Made by a program: the position numbers and the translations under genes. DNA of 64,000 bases. It comes from a virus (taxonomy: Duplodnaviria > Caudoviricetes). Below are positions 50,759 through 60,175 of this stretch, in pieces. Under the pieces are notes generated by a model. The model saw nothing but the letters and a program-made list of their open reading frames with translations. It did not search any database and was not told where the DNA came from. The DNA is taken from the IMG/VR virus record IMGVR_UViG_3300028797_000128, positions 42,088 through 106,087 of that record; one strand, given 5' to 3'. Positions within the stretch are counted from its first letter, which is position 1, and each line of letters begins with the position of its first letter.

Positions 50759-51727
50759 ATGGCATTTTTAAACCCCGATAAAACTTATGACGCAAACGGT
50801 GTCACGGTAAAAGAGTATTTACTTACCAATCACAATCCAAACGGAATTGCGATGCCTACGGCGGCATTACCCACAAAGCCCATAGGCATTACAGTTCATA
50901 ATACTGATTGGATTGCAACGGCAAATGGAACTCACCCATCAGAACAATATTCTCGTGCTACCGTGAATGGCAACATGAATGATGTACGTGTGCATTACTA
51001 TGTGGATAATGTATGCGCTTGGCAGATGTTGCCTCTCACTCTTTCAGGTTGGCACGCGGCAGACGGTGGCGGAGATGGTAACCGTAAAACAATATCAATA
51101 GAGTGCATTATGTCGTCTGCTTATAATGACACCGATAAGAAGTCTGAGGATAACTGTGCAAAGTTAGTAGCCTATCTTTTGCACAAATATGGTCTTAATG
51201 TAGACGATCATCTTTATACGCATACTCACTGGCTGAATGTAAGGGATGGCATCAAAGGTTCAAATGATTATCTTAATACTCGCAAACATCCTTATAAGTG
51301 GTGTCCTTTATATATACTCCCTCACTGGGCTGCATTTAAAGAAAAAGTTAGGACATATCTTAATGCTCTCAATGGGGCAAGCACCTCACCCGCTGGCTAC
51401 ACTAAGACTCTTGATAAAGGAACACCAATCTATAAAGTTATAGGCGAGAATAAAACCGGTGAAATCACAACGACCACAAAATACACTATTGTTGAAGAAA
51501 AGATTGTAGGGAATATTAAATACGGCAAATTAAAATCTGGTGCTGGCTGGGTTGAACTTGAAAAGATTGAACGCAAATTTGACATTAACAATTCTAATGA
51601 TGTAAAAGAGCTACAAACAGCCCTTAACGAGCATGGCTTCAATTGTGGCGATATAGACGGTATTTTAGGTTCAAAGTCTTACAACGCTATGTTTCAAGCT
51701 TTGTGTAAGTTATGGCTTGTAGAGTAA
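50759..51727 (+). CDS. Endolysin, N-acetylmuramoyl-L-alanine amidase (Amidase_2) with C-terminal cell-wall binding domains
   Basis: ITVHNT, VHYYVD, WHAADG, SIE, HTHW, CP; GKLKSGAGW; LQTALN...DGILG. Confidence 0.9.
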   Translation: MAFLNPDKTYDANGVTVKEYLLTNHNPNGIAMPTAALPTKPIGITVHNTDWIATANGTHPSEQYSRATVNGNMNDVRVHYYVDNVCAWQMLPLTLSGWHAADGGGDGNRKTISIECIMSSAYNDTDKKSEDNCAKLVAYLLHKYGLNVDDHLYTHTHWLNVRDGIKGSNDYLNTRKHPYKWCPLYILPHWAAFKEKVRTYLNALNGASTSPAGYTKTLDKGTPIYKVIGENKTGEITTTTKYTIVEEKIVGNIKYGKLKSGAGWVELEKIERKFDINNSNDVKELQTALNEHGFNCGDIDGILGSKSYNAMFQALCKLWLVE

Positions 51728-51752
51728 ATATCATTAAGAAAGGAGGCATTTC

Positions 51753-51974
51753 ATGTTGACTCAGGAAGATTACGCTTTACTGGATAATCGCTACGTGCGA
51801 AAAGACGACTGTAATGAGAGACATACCATTGAGACAAACAAGATTACTGAATTAACTGTGTCACAGGCTAAGATGAACACACAATTGGGACTTCTTATTA
51901 AAATCAGCTCCGTAACTCTTGGCACAATCATTACAGCTATTATTGGCGCAGTAATGGGAATGATACTGAAGTAG
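51753..51974 (+). CDS. XhlA-like holin/membrane protein
   Basis: Coiled coil followed by a C-terminal TM helix. Confidence 0.6.
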   Translation: MLTQEDYALLDNRYVRKDDCNERHTIETNKITELTVSQAKMNTQLGLLIKISSVTLGTIITAIIGAVMGMILK

Positions 51975-51987
51975 AAGGTGATTTCTC

Positions 51988-52344
51988 ATGGATTGTAGAC
52001 AATGTGAAGATAGAAATTGGAGAAATCATTATATAGTAGCACAAGAAAGGTTTGACAAAGTAGTAGCAAGACTAACAATTGGCACAATAATTGCTTTCAC
52101 AATTGCAGTCCTATGTCTCTTTGCCACTATTATAACAATATGGCGAGTGCAGAAATTTATCAACGAATTTGAATATGTAGAAGAAACTGAGATACAAATA
52201 GAACAGGATTGTAGAGGTGAAAACACCGTTATATTAAGCGATGATTCGGAGGTAAGAAATGGGGCAGAAGTACACAGAGAAAAAGAAGAGTTATTGGCGG
52301 AAGAAAGCAACAACAAAAACAACACCATTACTGTCTACAAATGA
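51988..52344 (+). CDS. Single-pass membrane protein
   Basis: TM IGTIIAFTIAVLCLFATIITIW; acidic tail. Confidence 0.65.
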   Translation: MDCRQCEDRNWRNHYIVAQERFDKVVARLTIGTIIAFTIAVLCLFATIITIWRVQKFINEFEYVEETEIQIEQDCRGENTVILSDDSEVRNGAEVHREKEELLAEESNNKNNTITVYK

Positions 52345-52399
52345 GAATGAAAAAGAAAGTTTATGGCAGAAGATAAAGAAGATATTCACCAAAAAATAA
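52259..52399 (+). CDS. Small basic peptide (46 aa, not in the ORF track) overlapping the previous gene
   Basis: GGAGGT SD before ATG 52259; MGQKYTEKKK...SLWQKIKKIFTKK. Confidence 0.55.
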   Translation: MGQKYTEKKKSYWRKKATTKTTPLLSTNENEKESLWQKIKKIFTKK

Positions 52400-52401
52400 T
52401 T

Positions 52402-52450
52402 ATAGGGTGCATATTAGGTCTAATTGACTTGGTATGCACCCTATTTTTTT
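52402..52450 (+). terminator. Terminator ending the late operon
   Basis: atagggtgcata...tatgcaccctat followed by a T tract. Confidence 0.8.
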
Positions 52451-52499
52451 GTCTATAAATAATCACTCGTGACTTCTTCAAGTGTCTATTTATAGGCAA
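52449..52499. other. Candidate attP site for the serine integrase
   Basis: About 50 bp imperfect inverted repeat (14/17 match) next to the integrase 3' end at the strand switch. Confidence 0.5.
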
Positions 52500-52554
52500 A
52501 AGCTACCACCAGCCGTTTCATTTTGTACGGTTCGGAGAAGCGGAGCGTACAACT

Positions 52555-54072
52555 TTACACGCGCCACACGATTTCGATATGGTCTTGAAAAACCAAAATT
52601 TTGTCGATTAATAGGTCTATAACAGCTTTTTTGTCATCAAAAGAAAGCTCGCTCCATTTGCTTACTGCGTTTGATATTCGTGACTGATTTAACTGTTTTG
52701 TTTCTTGTTCTGACTGGATAGTTTGTATCTCGGATTCGATCTTTCGTTTCTGAGAATCCAAGTCGGCTATCTTCTTTTCTATATAACTTATGGCTACTTG
52801 ATTAGATGTGGCTGCGAGAGTGTTTACTATGTTTTCAATCTCTGTCGAAATTTTTTCTCTTTGTAGGTTTAGGCTATCAATTCTGCTATCCACAAGAGTT
52901 GTCTTTTCGCATCTTTTAATTGTTAATGAATCTAACTTGTTTTTGATATGCTCTACGATATCGGCTTCAAATTCATTAGCTTTTAAAGATGGGAGTTTTA
53001 CGGGGCAACAATGCATGAAAGAATATCCAGAATCTACAAAGTAACGCACATCTTCACTTCTGCGTCTTTGTGAAATTCTGACTACAAAGGCGTAGCCACA
53101 ATGTCCGCATTTTACTTTGCCAGCAAGGAATGAGTTCTTGGCTTTACAGGTTTTGATTTGATGATTTGCCAAGAGTTTCTTGCGGCAGATGAGCCATGTT
53201 GTTGAATCTATTATGGGTTGATGTGGTGCTACAACAATATTGTGATTTGATAAATCCCATGTTTTCCGATTATGGTTTTCGCCTTGAAAAAGATATAAGC
53301 TTGTCTCTCCTGTAAAATCGTCAATTGGGTTGATTATGTTGCAACCTTGAGTTTTAAAGAAATTATATGTATCTCTGTTCGCATAAGTATAAATCGGATT
53401 GCGCATTACCTCTGAGATTCGAGATGTTTGCCATGTGTAACCGTCGCGTTTGGTATTAAGCCCTCTTTTGGTTAGTTCTCTTAATACGTCGCCCAAAGTG
53501 ACTGATGGCTTTGAGTAAAGTTCATAAATAAATCTTATAACCTCTGCTTCTTCAGGCTGTTGCTCGTACATTGATGTTTTGACACCGTTTATTATTATAG
53601 GCACTTTTATATAGCCATATGGTATCTTGCCACCCATATAGAAGCCTTTCTTGCTTCGGCTTGCATAAGCATCTGCCACACGTTGTTGTATTGTTTCGCG
53701 TTCAAGCTGCGCAAATACAATGCAGATATTTAGCATTGCTCTGCCCATAGGCGATGATGTGTCAAAGTGCTCGGTTGCCGACACAAAGGCGACATTCATC
53801 TTTTGAAACAAGTCCATCATTCGGGAAAAATCAAGGATTGAACGGCTTATACGGTCAAGCTTGTAGACAATAACCTTGTTAATCTTTTTGCTCTTAATGT
53901 CCTCTATCATGCGCTGATATTCTGGGCGATCTGTATTCTTGCCTGAGAAGCCGTTATCGGAGTAAACGATACTTTCTTCACCTTTGGCTTCGTACTGACA
54001 ATGTTCGATTTGAGACTCAATTGAGATAGAGTCCTCTCTAAAAACAGATTTTCTTGCATATATTGCAATCAT
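52555..54072 (-). CDS. Large serine recombinase (integrase)
   Basis: IYARKS, FSG..TDRP, KLDRISR, recombinase domain, CGHCG Zn ribbon, coiled coil. Confidence 0.95.
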   Translation of the reverse strand: MIAIYARKSVFREDSISIESQIEHCQYEAKGEESIVYSDNGFSGKNTDRPEYQRMIEDIKSKKINKVIVYKLDRISRSILDFSRMMDLFQKMNVAFVSATEHFDTSSPMGRAMLNICIVFAQLERETIQQRVADAYASRSKKGFYMGGKIPYGYIKVPIIINGVKTSMYEQQPEEAEVIRFIYELYSKPSVTLGDVLRELTKRGLNTKRDGYTWQTSRISEVMRNPIYTYANRDTYNFFKTQGCNIINPIDDFTGETSLYLFQGENHNRKTWDLSNHNIVVAPHQPIIDSTTWLICRKKLLANHQIKTCKAKNSFLAGKVKCGHCGYAFVVRISQRRRSEDVRYFVDSGYSFMHCCPVKLPSLKANEFEADIVEHIKNKLDSLTIKRCEKTTLVDSRIDSLNLQREKISTEIENIVNTLAATSNQVAISYIEKKIADLDSQKRKIESEIQTIQSEQETKQLNQSRISNAVSKWSELSFDDKKAVIDLLIDKILVFQDHIEIVWRV

Positions 54073-54095
54073 ATCATACCTCCTATATAATAAGA

Positions 54096-54143
54096 GGCTG
54101 ATGGTAGCCTTTATATTATAGCACACCATCAGCCATTAGTCAA
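54096..54143 (-). promoter_or_regulatory. Integrase sigmaA promoter with overlapping inverted repeat
   Basis: TTGACT-17 nt-TATAAT (54143-54115); ggctgatggt/accatcagcc flank the -10 box. Confidence 0.75.
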
Positions 54144-54229
54144 CAATACTTTATAAAGATGTTGTAGAGCTGTTCTTCTACTGTCTCCTTATCGGCGGGA
54201 TTGTTGGCGACAATCTCTTTTATCTCCAT
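54140..54229 (-). CDS. 29 aa peptide upstream of the integrase (not in the ORF track)
   Basis: AAGGAG SD; MEIKEIVANNPADKETVEEQLYNIFIKYC. Confidence 0.6.
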   Translation of the reverse strand: MEIKEIVANNPADKETVEEQLYNIFIKYC

Positions 54230-54292
54230 AGTATCTCCTTACGGGATTAGTTGATAGTATCGTTTTGATAATATCAGTTAATCCCTATTTTT

Positions 54293-54808
54293 TTATTTTG
54301 TGGTGCTACCCATGCCACCATTACGCACACCATCAGCATCGTCATCATCTGTCTTAAAGAACTGCTGAATGATACCCTGACACATTGCTTCGCCTTGCTT
54401 TATAGTAATTGTCTTACCATCTGGACTGTCGTTGTAGAACTTTACCCACATATGTCCCTCATTGTCTGAGCCGCTATAATCTGTATCTATTACCGGAATA
54501 GTATTCCACATCTGCATCTTATACTTAAAGCCAAGCCCCGATCTCGGATATATTGCAAGGAACTTATCATCATCAAGAATTGCCCTTATGCCCGTGGGCA
54601 CTTTGACTGTTCCTTTAGGTGGAATAGTGATATTGTATGGGGCAAAAATATCGTAACCTGCCGAGCCTGTTGTTGCTCTCTTTGGTAGCTTAATCATGTT
54701 GTAGATTGCTCTACCGTCCCTTACATCTAAGCACTCCTCATCAAGATACTCGGCAAAGTCAATGAAGAACTGTCTTTCGCTTATCTTCTCGAATTTATTC
54801 ATTCTCAT
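54293..54808 (-). CDS. dut: Trimeric dUTPase
   Basis: SAGYD, PRSG, VID.DY, QGI, RNGGMGST. Confidence 0.95.
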   Translation of the reverse strand: MRMNKFEKISERQFFIDFAEYLDEECLDVRDGRAIYNMIKLPKRATTGSAGYDIFAPYNITIPPKGTVKVPTGIRAILDDDKFLAIYPRSGLGFKYKMQMWNTIPVIDTDYSGSDNEGHMWVKFYNDSPDGKTITIKQGEAMCQGIIQQFFKTDDDDADGVRNGGMGSTTK

Positions 54809-55376
54809 TCTCCTTTATAAAGGTTTCTATTGTTTTTATTCTGTCGTAAATTCCCCACCAACTATATGCTCTCAGCAAATTCGGGATATTGCCCTCTGTC
54901 TGATTCCACGGGTAATCAAGTACAATGCCCACATACTTCCTATCCGGGTGCAATAGATGCCCCAAACAGTCATCAATAAGGACATCTACGTCCAGCAGAC
55001 TTTTATCTTGTAAATTAATGGTGTGTCTCCATACAAAATCTTTCGGCAGAAATGGTAAATTGCGAGATAGATGGTTTATCTTTTTACGCAGGTTTTCGGG
55101 CAAACTACTTGTAGCAAACCAAATGCTGTTACCTTCTCTGTAAAGGCGTTCTATGGTTTCGGCTGCTTGTGGTATCATAGCGACTTTCTTCCAAAACAAA
55201 GCATCTCTAAATCCATTTTCAACTACCCATTGGAAAGGCTTGGGTAAAGCATCTTCTATGCGATATGTTTTTATATTGTTGATTTCTAAATGAATTGGCA
55301 ATCTTTCATTGATATATTCTATCATTGCAAATGGTGTGTTTACTACCACTCCATCCAAATCAATCGCTATTTTCAT
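54795..55376 (-). CDS. 5'(3')-deoxyribonucleotidase (HAD/NT5C)
   Basis: IDLDGV, LIDD, YPWN. Confidence 0.85.
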   Translation of the reverse strand: MKIAIDLDGVVVNTPFAMIEYINERLPIHLEINNIKTYRIEDALPKPFQWVVENGFRDALFWKKVAMIPQAAETIERLYREGNSIWFATSSLPENLRKKINHLSRNLPFLPKDFVWRHTINLQDKSLLDVDVLIDDCLGHLLHPDRKYVGIVLDYPWNQTEGNIPNLLRAYSWWGIYDRIKTIETFIKENENE

Positions 55377-55395
55377 ATTCCAGTCTCCTTTGGCA

Positions 55396-56277
55396 TTATA
55401 TTTTCTGACTTGAGTCATATGACCATTTACCAAAATATTTTTCTTCCGCTTGTTTTCTTACTTGTATTGCATCTTCAAAAGAATCAAATGTGCCGAGGTG
55501 AACGTTTTGACCATTAACTCCAATAAAGGCTCTCCATTTATTTGAAGCCTTATGCCAATTAACCCCAGTAACACCTGTTGTATTATGTTTTGCAGTTTGA
55601 TGATTCATACAATTTTCTTGGGTTGTGGCAAGCCTCAAATTATATTTACGGTTGTCATTTCTTGATGACTCTCCGTGTGCATGATCGACAAGCATATTCT
55701 CAGGTGCATTCATGATAAAACGATGCAACAAGACGTTTCTTTTGTTTACATGACCAGTTATATATCCATATTCATTTTTGTGCCAACAGATATCTTTTAC
55801 TTTCCAAAAATCTTCTAAGTCCACAAAGAACGGCTCACCTTTAGTGGTGTACATAATCACGTAATCTTCTTGAACTTCGTAGTCATTATATTTTTTACAT
55901 TGCTGATAGCTAACTTCTTTTCTTAAACATCCGCAAGACTTAGTATCTCCTTGTTGCAACTGACTTGTAGGAACAGTGCATTTGTTTCCACATTCACATA
56001 AACAATCCCAACGTGACTTACATTCTTTGTTCCGATTAAGAACCAATAGCTTCCCGAATTTTAGTCCAGTTAAGTCATTTCGTTCATATCTCATGCAACC
56101 ACAAGATTTGACAGTTCCGTTTTTTTAATATTTACCTATTGTTTTCCTTGAACAGCCACACTCACATCTACATAACCATTGTACTCGTGTTTCGCCATTT
56201 GAAAAAATATAATCTTCTATTCTTTCTACAACAGTTAATTTACCGAATTTTTGACCAGTCAAATCTTCAAACTTCAT
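55396..56277 (-). pseudogene. HNH/AP2 homing endonuclease interrupted by an in-frame TAA at 56125-56127
   Basis: MKFEDLTG...TIGKY*KNGTVKSCGC runs in frame into MRYERNDLTG...; HNH and AP2 motifs downstream. Confidence 0.8.
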
Positions 56278-56278
56278 A

Positions 56279-56527
56279 TTAGTCACCCCAAAACGGAAAG
56301 ATGTTGTCAAACAGCTTGGTCACATCCTTAGCTCTGCCGATGTAGATGCCGAGTGTATCATTATACTTCTTGTTGTACTCTGTCACGGCATTCTGGATGT
56401 TCTGCAAGTCATTCTGCTTTTCTTCTCTTGCCTTGCGTTTCAGTTCTTCTTGCTCTGCCTGTTCCTGTTCTCTGAGATCAGCAAGTTCCTGTTCAAGTTT
56501 CTTAATCTGTTCTGCTGTTGTTTCCAT
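56279..56527 (-). CDS. Coiled-coil hypothetical protein
   Basis: AAGGAG SD. Confidence 0.7.
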   Translation of the reverse strand: METTAEQIKKLEQELADLREQEQAEQEELKRKAREEKQNDLQNIQNAVTEYNKKYNDTLGIYIGRAKDVTKLFDNIFPFWGD

Positions 56528-56538
56528 TTTTACTCTCC

Positions 56539-56736
56539 TTATTTGATATATTTATTTAAGTCGAGAGGATTATCGCTCGACCATTTTGTTTTCTTTGACC
56601 CCTTCCAGAGTTGATATTCGTTGCGGAAGATATCACTCACCACATAATAGGTAGCTTCACTCTCTCCTTTGATAGTCACCCATAAAATGAGACTTTTATC
56701 GAACTGGAATTGGCTATATACCGTTGTTTCAAGCAT
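56539..56736 (-). CDS. Hypothetical protein
   Basis: ORF track; coupled to its neighbours. Confidence 0.6.
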   Translation of the reverse strand: MLETTVYSQFQFDKSLILWVTIKGESEATYYVVSDIFRNEYQLWKGSKKTKWSSDNPLDLNKYIK

Positions 56737-56929
56737 CGGTTTTTACCTTACAGTACGCCCCACAATGACATTCGCCCTCTGTAGTCTGCTCACGGAACTC
56801 TAAGCAGGGGCATTTAGTCGAAGGTGTCCTTTCGAGACGACACGGACAGTAGCCATCATTAGCCTTTACCTCTGCAATCACAGATTTAAAGGTTTCTTCA
56901 TCAGGATTCTTGATTATCTTTAACATCAA
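56729..56929 (-). CDS. Ferredoxin-thioredoxin reductase catalytic-domain-like protein
   Basis: CPC...CPC...CHC motif. Confidence 0.85.
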   Translation of the reverse strand: MMLKIIKNPDEETFKSVIAEVKANDGYCPCRLERTPSTKCPCLEFREQTTEGECHCGAYCKVKTDA

Positions 56930-57387
56930 TAATCTACTCCTTTCTTGTAAATATGTTGATTAGCAGAAGCAAGAACCACACCATATTCGACATGATTGGC
57001 TGTTTTTAGTTCTTCTTCATATCTTCCACATTTAATATAGTCAAACAAATCAGATAGTATAATTGTCCCCATTAATCGCCCTTTAAAATCATTGCCAGTG
57101 TACAGCATTGTCTGCAACCCCTGTCGCTTTGCTTCTTTTGCAAGAGACAAGCATTCATTTAGTTGTAATGTCCATTCGAGTCCTGCGAATATTATACCTT
57201 TGTTGAATGGATCTGCTTTGACTTCAGCTATTATGTCATCGCAACTCTTTGCTATTGTAGGCAACTCCTTTATGTGCTGATTAAAACAGTTTGGACAATT
57301 AAACTTGCAGTCGCAAGCCGCTATGAGAGCACCCACAAAGGGTGCATCTTCACAACGCTCATGCTCTATAGTTTTATAATTAATCAT
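56926..57387 (-). CDS. nrdG: Anaerobic RNR activating enzyme (radical SAM)
   Basis: CKFNCPNC, LYTG, GRY; adjacent to nrdD. Confidence 0.85.
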   Translation of the reverse strand: MINYKTIEHERCEDAPFVGALIAACDCKFNCPNCFNQHIKELPTIAKSCDDIIAEVKADPFNKGIIFAGLEWTLQLNECLSLAKEAKRQGLQTMLYTGNDFKGRLMGTIILSDLFDYIKCGRYEEELKTANHVEYGVVLASANQHIYKKGVDY

Positions 57388-60172
57388 CTTCGGGACTAAG
57401 CTGTTTTCTTTCATAGAACTCTGCCTTTTTACCATCGTTATAATTATCTACGCAGCGAAGGTAGCCTGTTATTCTCTGATACATTTTAAGATTTGAGTTG
57501 CATATAGGGCATTTATCAACCTTGTCTGCAATGTAGCCATGTTCAGGGCAATATCTGTTCAGAGGGGAAATGCTTACATACGGAACTTTATATTCGTGAC
57601 ACACGGTATCAATAATATTCTTTGCTGTTTCGCCACTAATAGCACCAGAGGTAAATATGTGGATCACCGTTCCGCCCGTAAAGAGTATCTGTAAATCTTC
57701 TTGATTGTCAAACGTGTTCTTTATGCTTGTTATCTTGTTTACAGGTATGTGGCAGCTATTTGTGTAATAAGGTGCTTTCGCTGTTCCTCTTGTGATGATG
57801 TCAGGAAACTCCTCTTTGTCCTTCTTAGCAAGGCGATAAGATGTCGATTCTGCGGGAGTGGCTTCAAAATTATAGAGGTTGCCTGTCTCTTTCTGGAAAT
57901 CTAACAGTTTATTCCTAATGTGTTCTCCGACTTCAACAGCAAACTGCTTGCCCTCATCCGTAAGAATGTCTCTACCTTCTCCAAAGAAATTCTCACACAT
58001 TTCATTCATAGACACGATGCCGATGGTCGAAAAATGATTTCTCATTGTTCCAACATAGGTGTCAAAAGCAGGGATAAGTCTTGTGTCAATAACATTCTTC
58101 TGAAGCCACGCTCTCTTAATTTCAAGGGAGTCCTTTGCAATATTAAGAACGCGGTCGAGTTCTGTAAAGAACGCATCCTTGTCCCCTTTTGTCTTATAGG
58201 CTATACGAGGAAGATTAATTGTTACAACGCCAATTGAACCCGTGCTATCTCCACTACCAAAAAGACCACCATTACGTTTCTGAAGCTCGGTTAAATCCAG
58301 TCGTAAGCGACAATTATGTGTTACAATACCATTGGCGAGCATAAATTCTTCTGGCGCATCGTCATCTAAAACTTCTAAGCAGTAAGAACAAGAAGCTGAA
58401 TTGTGCGGAGTATAGGCAACATTCTGAATCTTAAACCAAATATAATTGTCATCTATAATATATACATCTTTCTGTTTTGTTTTCAAGCCATGGGTGTAGT
58501 ATCTTACGCAATAACAAGTATTTTTGCCAAGTCTACCATCTCGATTATCTTCATTTATTCTTACGCCCATACCAAGAGTAGCAAATAAGAGAGTTAAATC
58601 CTCTACCATATTCTTGCTACTTGTGTATATACGATTTGAGTTACCACCATCGGTTTCATAAAGTCCGTCTACAATACCTTTTCTAAACTCCTCACTTGTA
58701 CTTATTATATCAGCAGAAAGCGACTTGTTAAGTGCATTATCTCCCGAAATAAACTGATTAATAAGCCCAGTAAGAGACTTAGATGCAACTCTGATATTTG
58801 TACAACTTGTTTTGCCACTGATTTCTGATGTACAATCATATTCGCTAATCTTGGCATTATAATAATTAACTGCATAATCATACAGAAAATCTATCAAATG
58901 TTGCTTAGTAGAACGATTTAAACTAAATATAATCGTTCCATCACTTTGCTGGCTGCCGTCACCAATATACATTCCTACCAGTTTACCTTGCTCATATGTC
59001 ATTGCATTAGATACATTTGTAGGTCTTTTGTATACGGGCAAATAGTCATCTGTTGTTAAATCTTTGGTCTGAATATAGTCTTTGCCATATACTTTATTTA
59101 AATGGTTTGCTGTGGTTCTAAGAGAGAGTCCATTGCATAGACTTATTGTATAATCAGCAGGGATGTTAAACTTGTTAATCCTACAATTTATTATTTTGCC
59201 ATTTGCAATAGTCTTGATAACAGCTTCGTTGTGATCTCTCATATGGTTTTGATATACTTCTTTAACACTTAATTTGTGCCATTTTTGGAGTCGATTGCTA
59301 TAATATAATATTTGAGTATCACCTTTTAAAGGGCACATACTTCTTGCATCTTCTGGTTTCATATCGCTGTTGAGGAAATTTGCAAAATAGGGATAGCCAT
59401 ACTTGCCAGCCATTTCCCAAAGGAGCTTGTTGTTAGGATTGTCCCAATCAAAACGCTCGTGAATATTATAGGTTGGAATAGGATATGCAAACGGTCTGCC
59501 ATTACTATCACCTGCTATCATAAGTTCGCAAAAAGCTCTATTAAACATATCCATTTCACGCTGACATTCCTTATAGGTGAAATCTGCAAGTCCATCGCCT
59601 ATCATGGCGTACTCATTGAGTAAATCCTTTGGTGGCGTGAGGTCAAGGGTAATGTTTGAGAACGCTGGTTCTGCGCCACCTCTGCTATTTGAATTTATAC
59701 TAAAGATAAAGTTCTGCAAAGCCTGTTTTACTTCGCTATACTTTAACTCATCTTTCTTTATAAAGGGGGCGAGCAATGTATCTACCGAGCTAAAAGCAAC
59801 AGCACCCATAATTTCATTTTGATATACTGTTACCATATTTGAAATCTGATTTAAGATTGAATCAAAATGTTTCGCGGGTGATGATGTCGGAATATTTGGA
59901 ACGCCTTTAACACCAGTGGTTATGAGTTTTGAGAGAGAATAACCGCAGCAATAAAGGGTAAGACCGCCAAGATCGTGAATGTGTATTGAACCATCTAAAT
60001 ACTCTTTGGCAATATATTCAGGATAAACTTCTCTAAGCCAATAATCCTTTGATACTTCTGCTATCATGTGTTTGCCAAGACCGCCGTAGGAATAAGGAGA
60101 ATTTGAGTTCTCCTTAACTCGCCAGTCCTGCTTTTTTAAATATCCTTCTACTATATTCTTGCTACTTTTCAT
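57380..60172 (-). CDS. nrdD: Class III anaerobic ribonucleoside-triphosphate reductase containing an intein
   Basis: KENSN, IHIHDL, YCCG, RSMC/CRLRLD split by the intein, EATPAES, C-terminal Zn site, RITGY glycyl-radical motif. Confidence 0.95.
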   Translation of the reverse strand: MKSSKNIVEGYLKKQDWRVKENSNSPYSYGGLGKHMIAEVSKDYWLREVYPEYIAKEYLDGSIHIHDLGGLTLYCCGYSLSKLITTGVKGVPNIPTSSPAKHFDSILNQISNMVTVYQNEIMGAVAFSSVDTLLAPFIKKDELKYSEVKQALQNFIFSINSNSRGGAEPAFSNITLDLTPPKDLLNEYAMIGDGLADFTYKECQREMDMFNRAFCELMIAGDSNGRPFAYPIPTYNIHERFDWDNPNNKLLWEMAGKYGYPYFANFLNSDMKPEDARSMCPLKGDTQILYYSNRLQKWHKLSVKEVYQNHMRDHNEAVIKTIANGKIINCRINKFNIPADYTISLCNGLSLRTTANHLNKVYGKDYIQTKDLTTDDYLPVYKRPTNVSNAMTYEQGKLVGMYIGDGSQQSDGTIIFSLNRSTKQHLIDFLYDYAVNYYNAKISEYDCTSEISGKTSCTNIRVASKSLTGLINQFISGDNALNKSLSADIISTSEEFRKGIVDGLYETDGGNSNRIYTSSKNMVEDLTLLFATLGMGVRINEDNRDGRLGKNTCYCVRYYTHGLKTKQKDVYIIDDNYIWFKIQNVAYTPHNSASCSYCLEVLDDDAPEEFMLANGIVTHNCRLRLDLTELQKRNGGLFGSGDSTGSIGVVTINLPRIAYKTKGDKDAFFTELDRVLNIAKDSLEIKRAWLQKNVIDTRLIPAFDTYVGTMRNHFSTIGIVSMNEMCENFFGEGRDILTDEGKQFAVEVGEHIRNKLLDFQKETGNLYNFEATPAESTSYRLAKKDKEEFPDIITRGTAKAPYYTNSCHIPVNKITSIKNTFDNQEDLQILFTGGTVIHIFTSGAISGETAKNIIDTVCHEYKVPYVSISPLNRYCPEHGYIADKVDKCPICNSNLKMYQRITGYLRCVDNYNDGKKAEFYERKQLSPEDD
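58313..59332 (-). mobile_element. Intein (340 aa) with LAGLIDADG endonuclease; Pro at position 1
   Basis: PLKGDTQI...TTANH...LVGMYIGDG...GLYETDGG...SYCLEV...NGIVTHN|C. Confidence 0.9.
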
Positions 60173-60175
60173 TGC

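Noticed and set aside
56125-56127. Stop-codon reassignment
   Set aside because: Isolated case; TAA terminates most genes here and long genes are intact in the standard code
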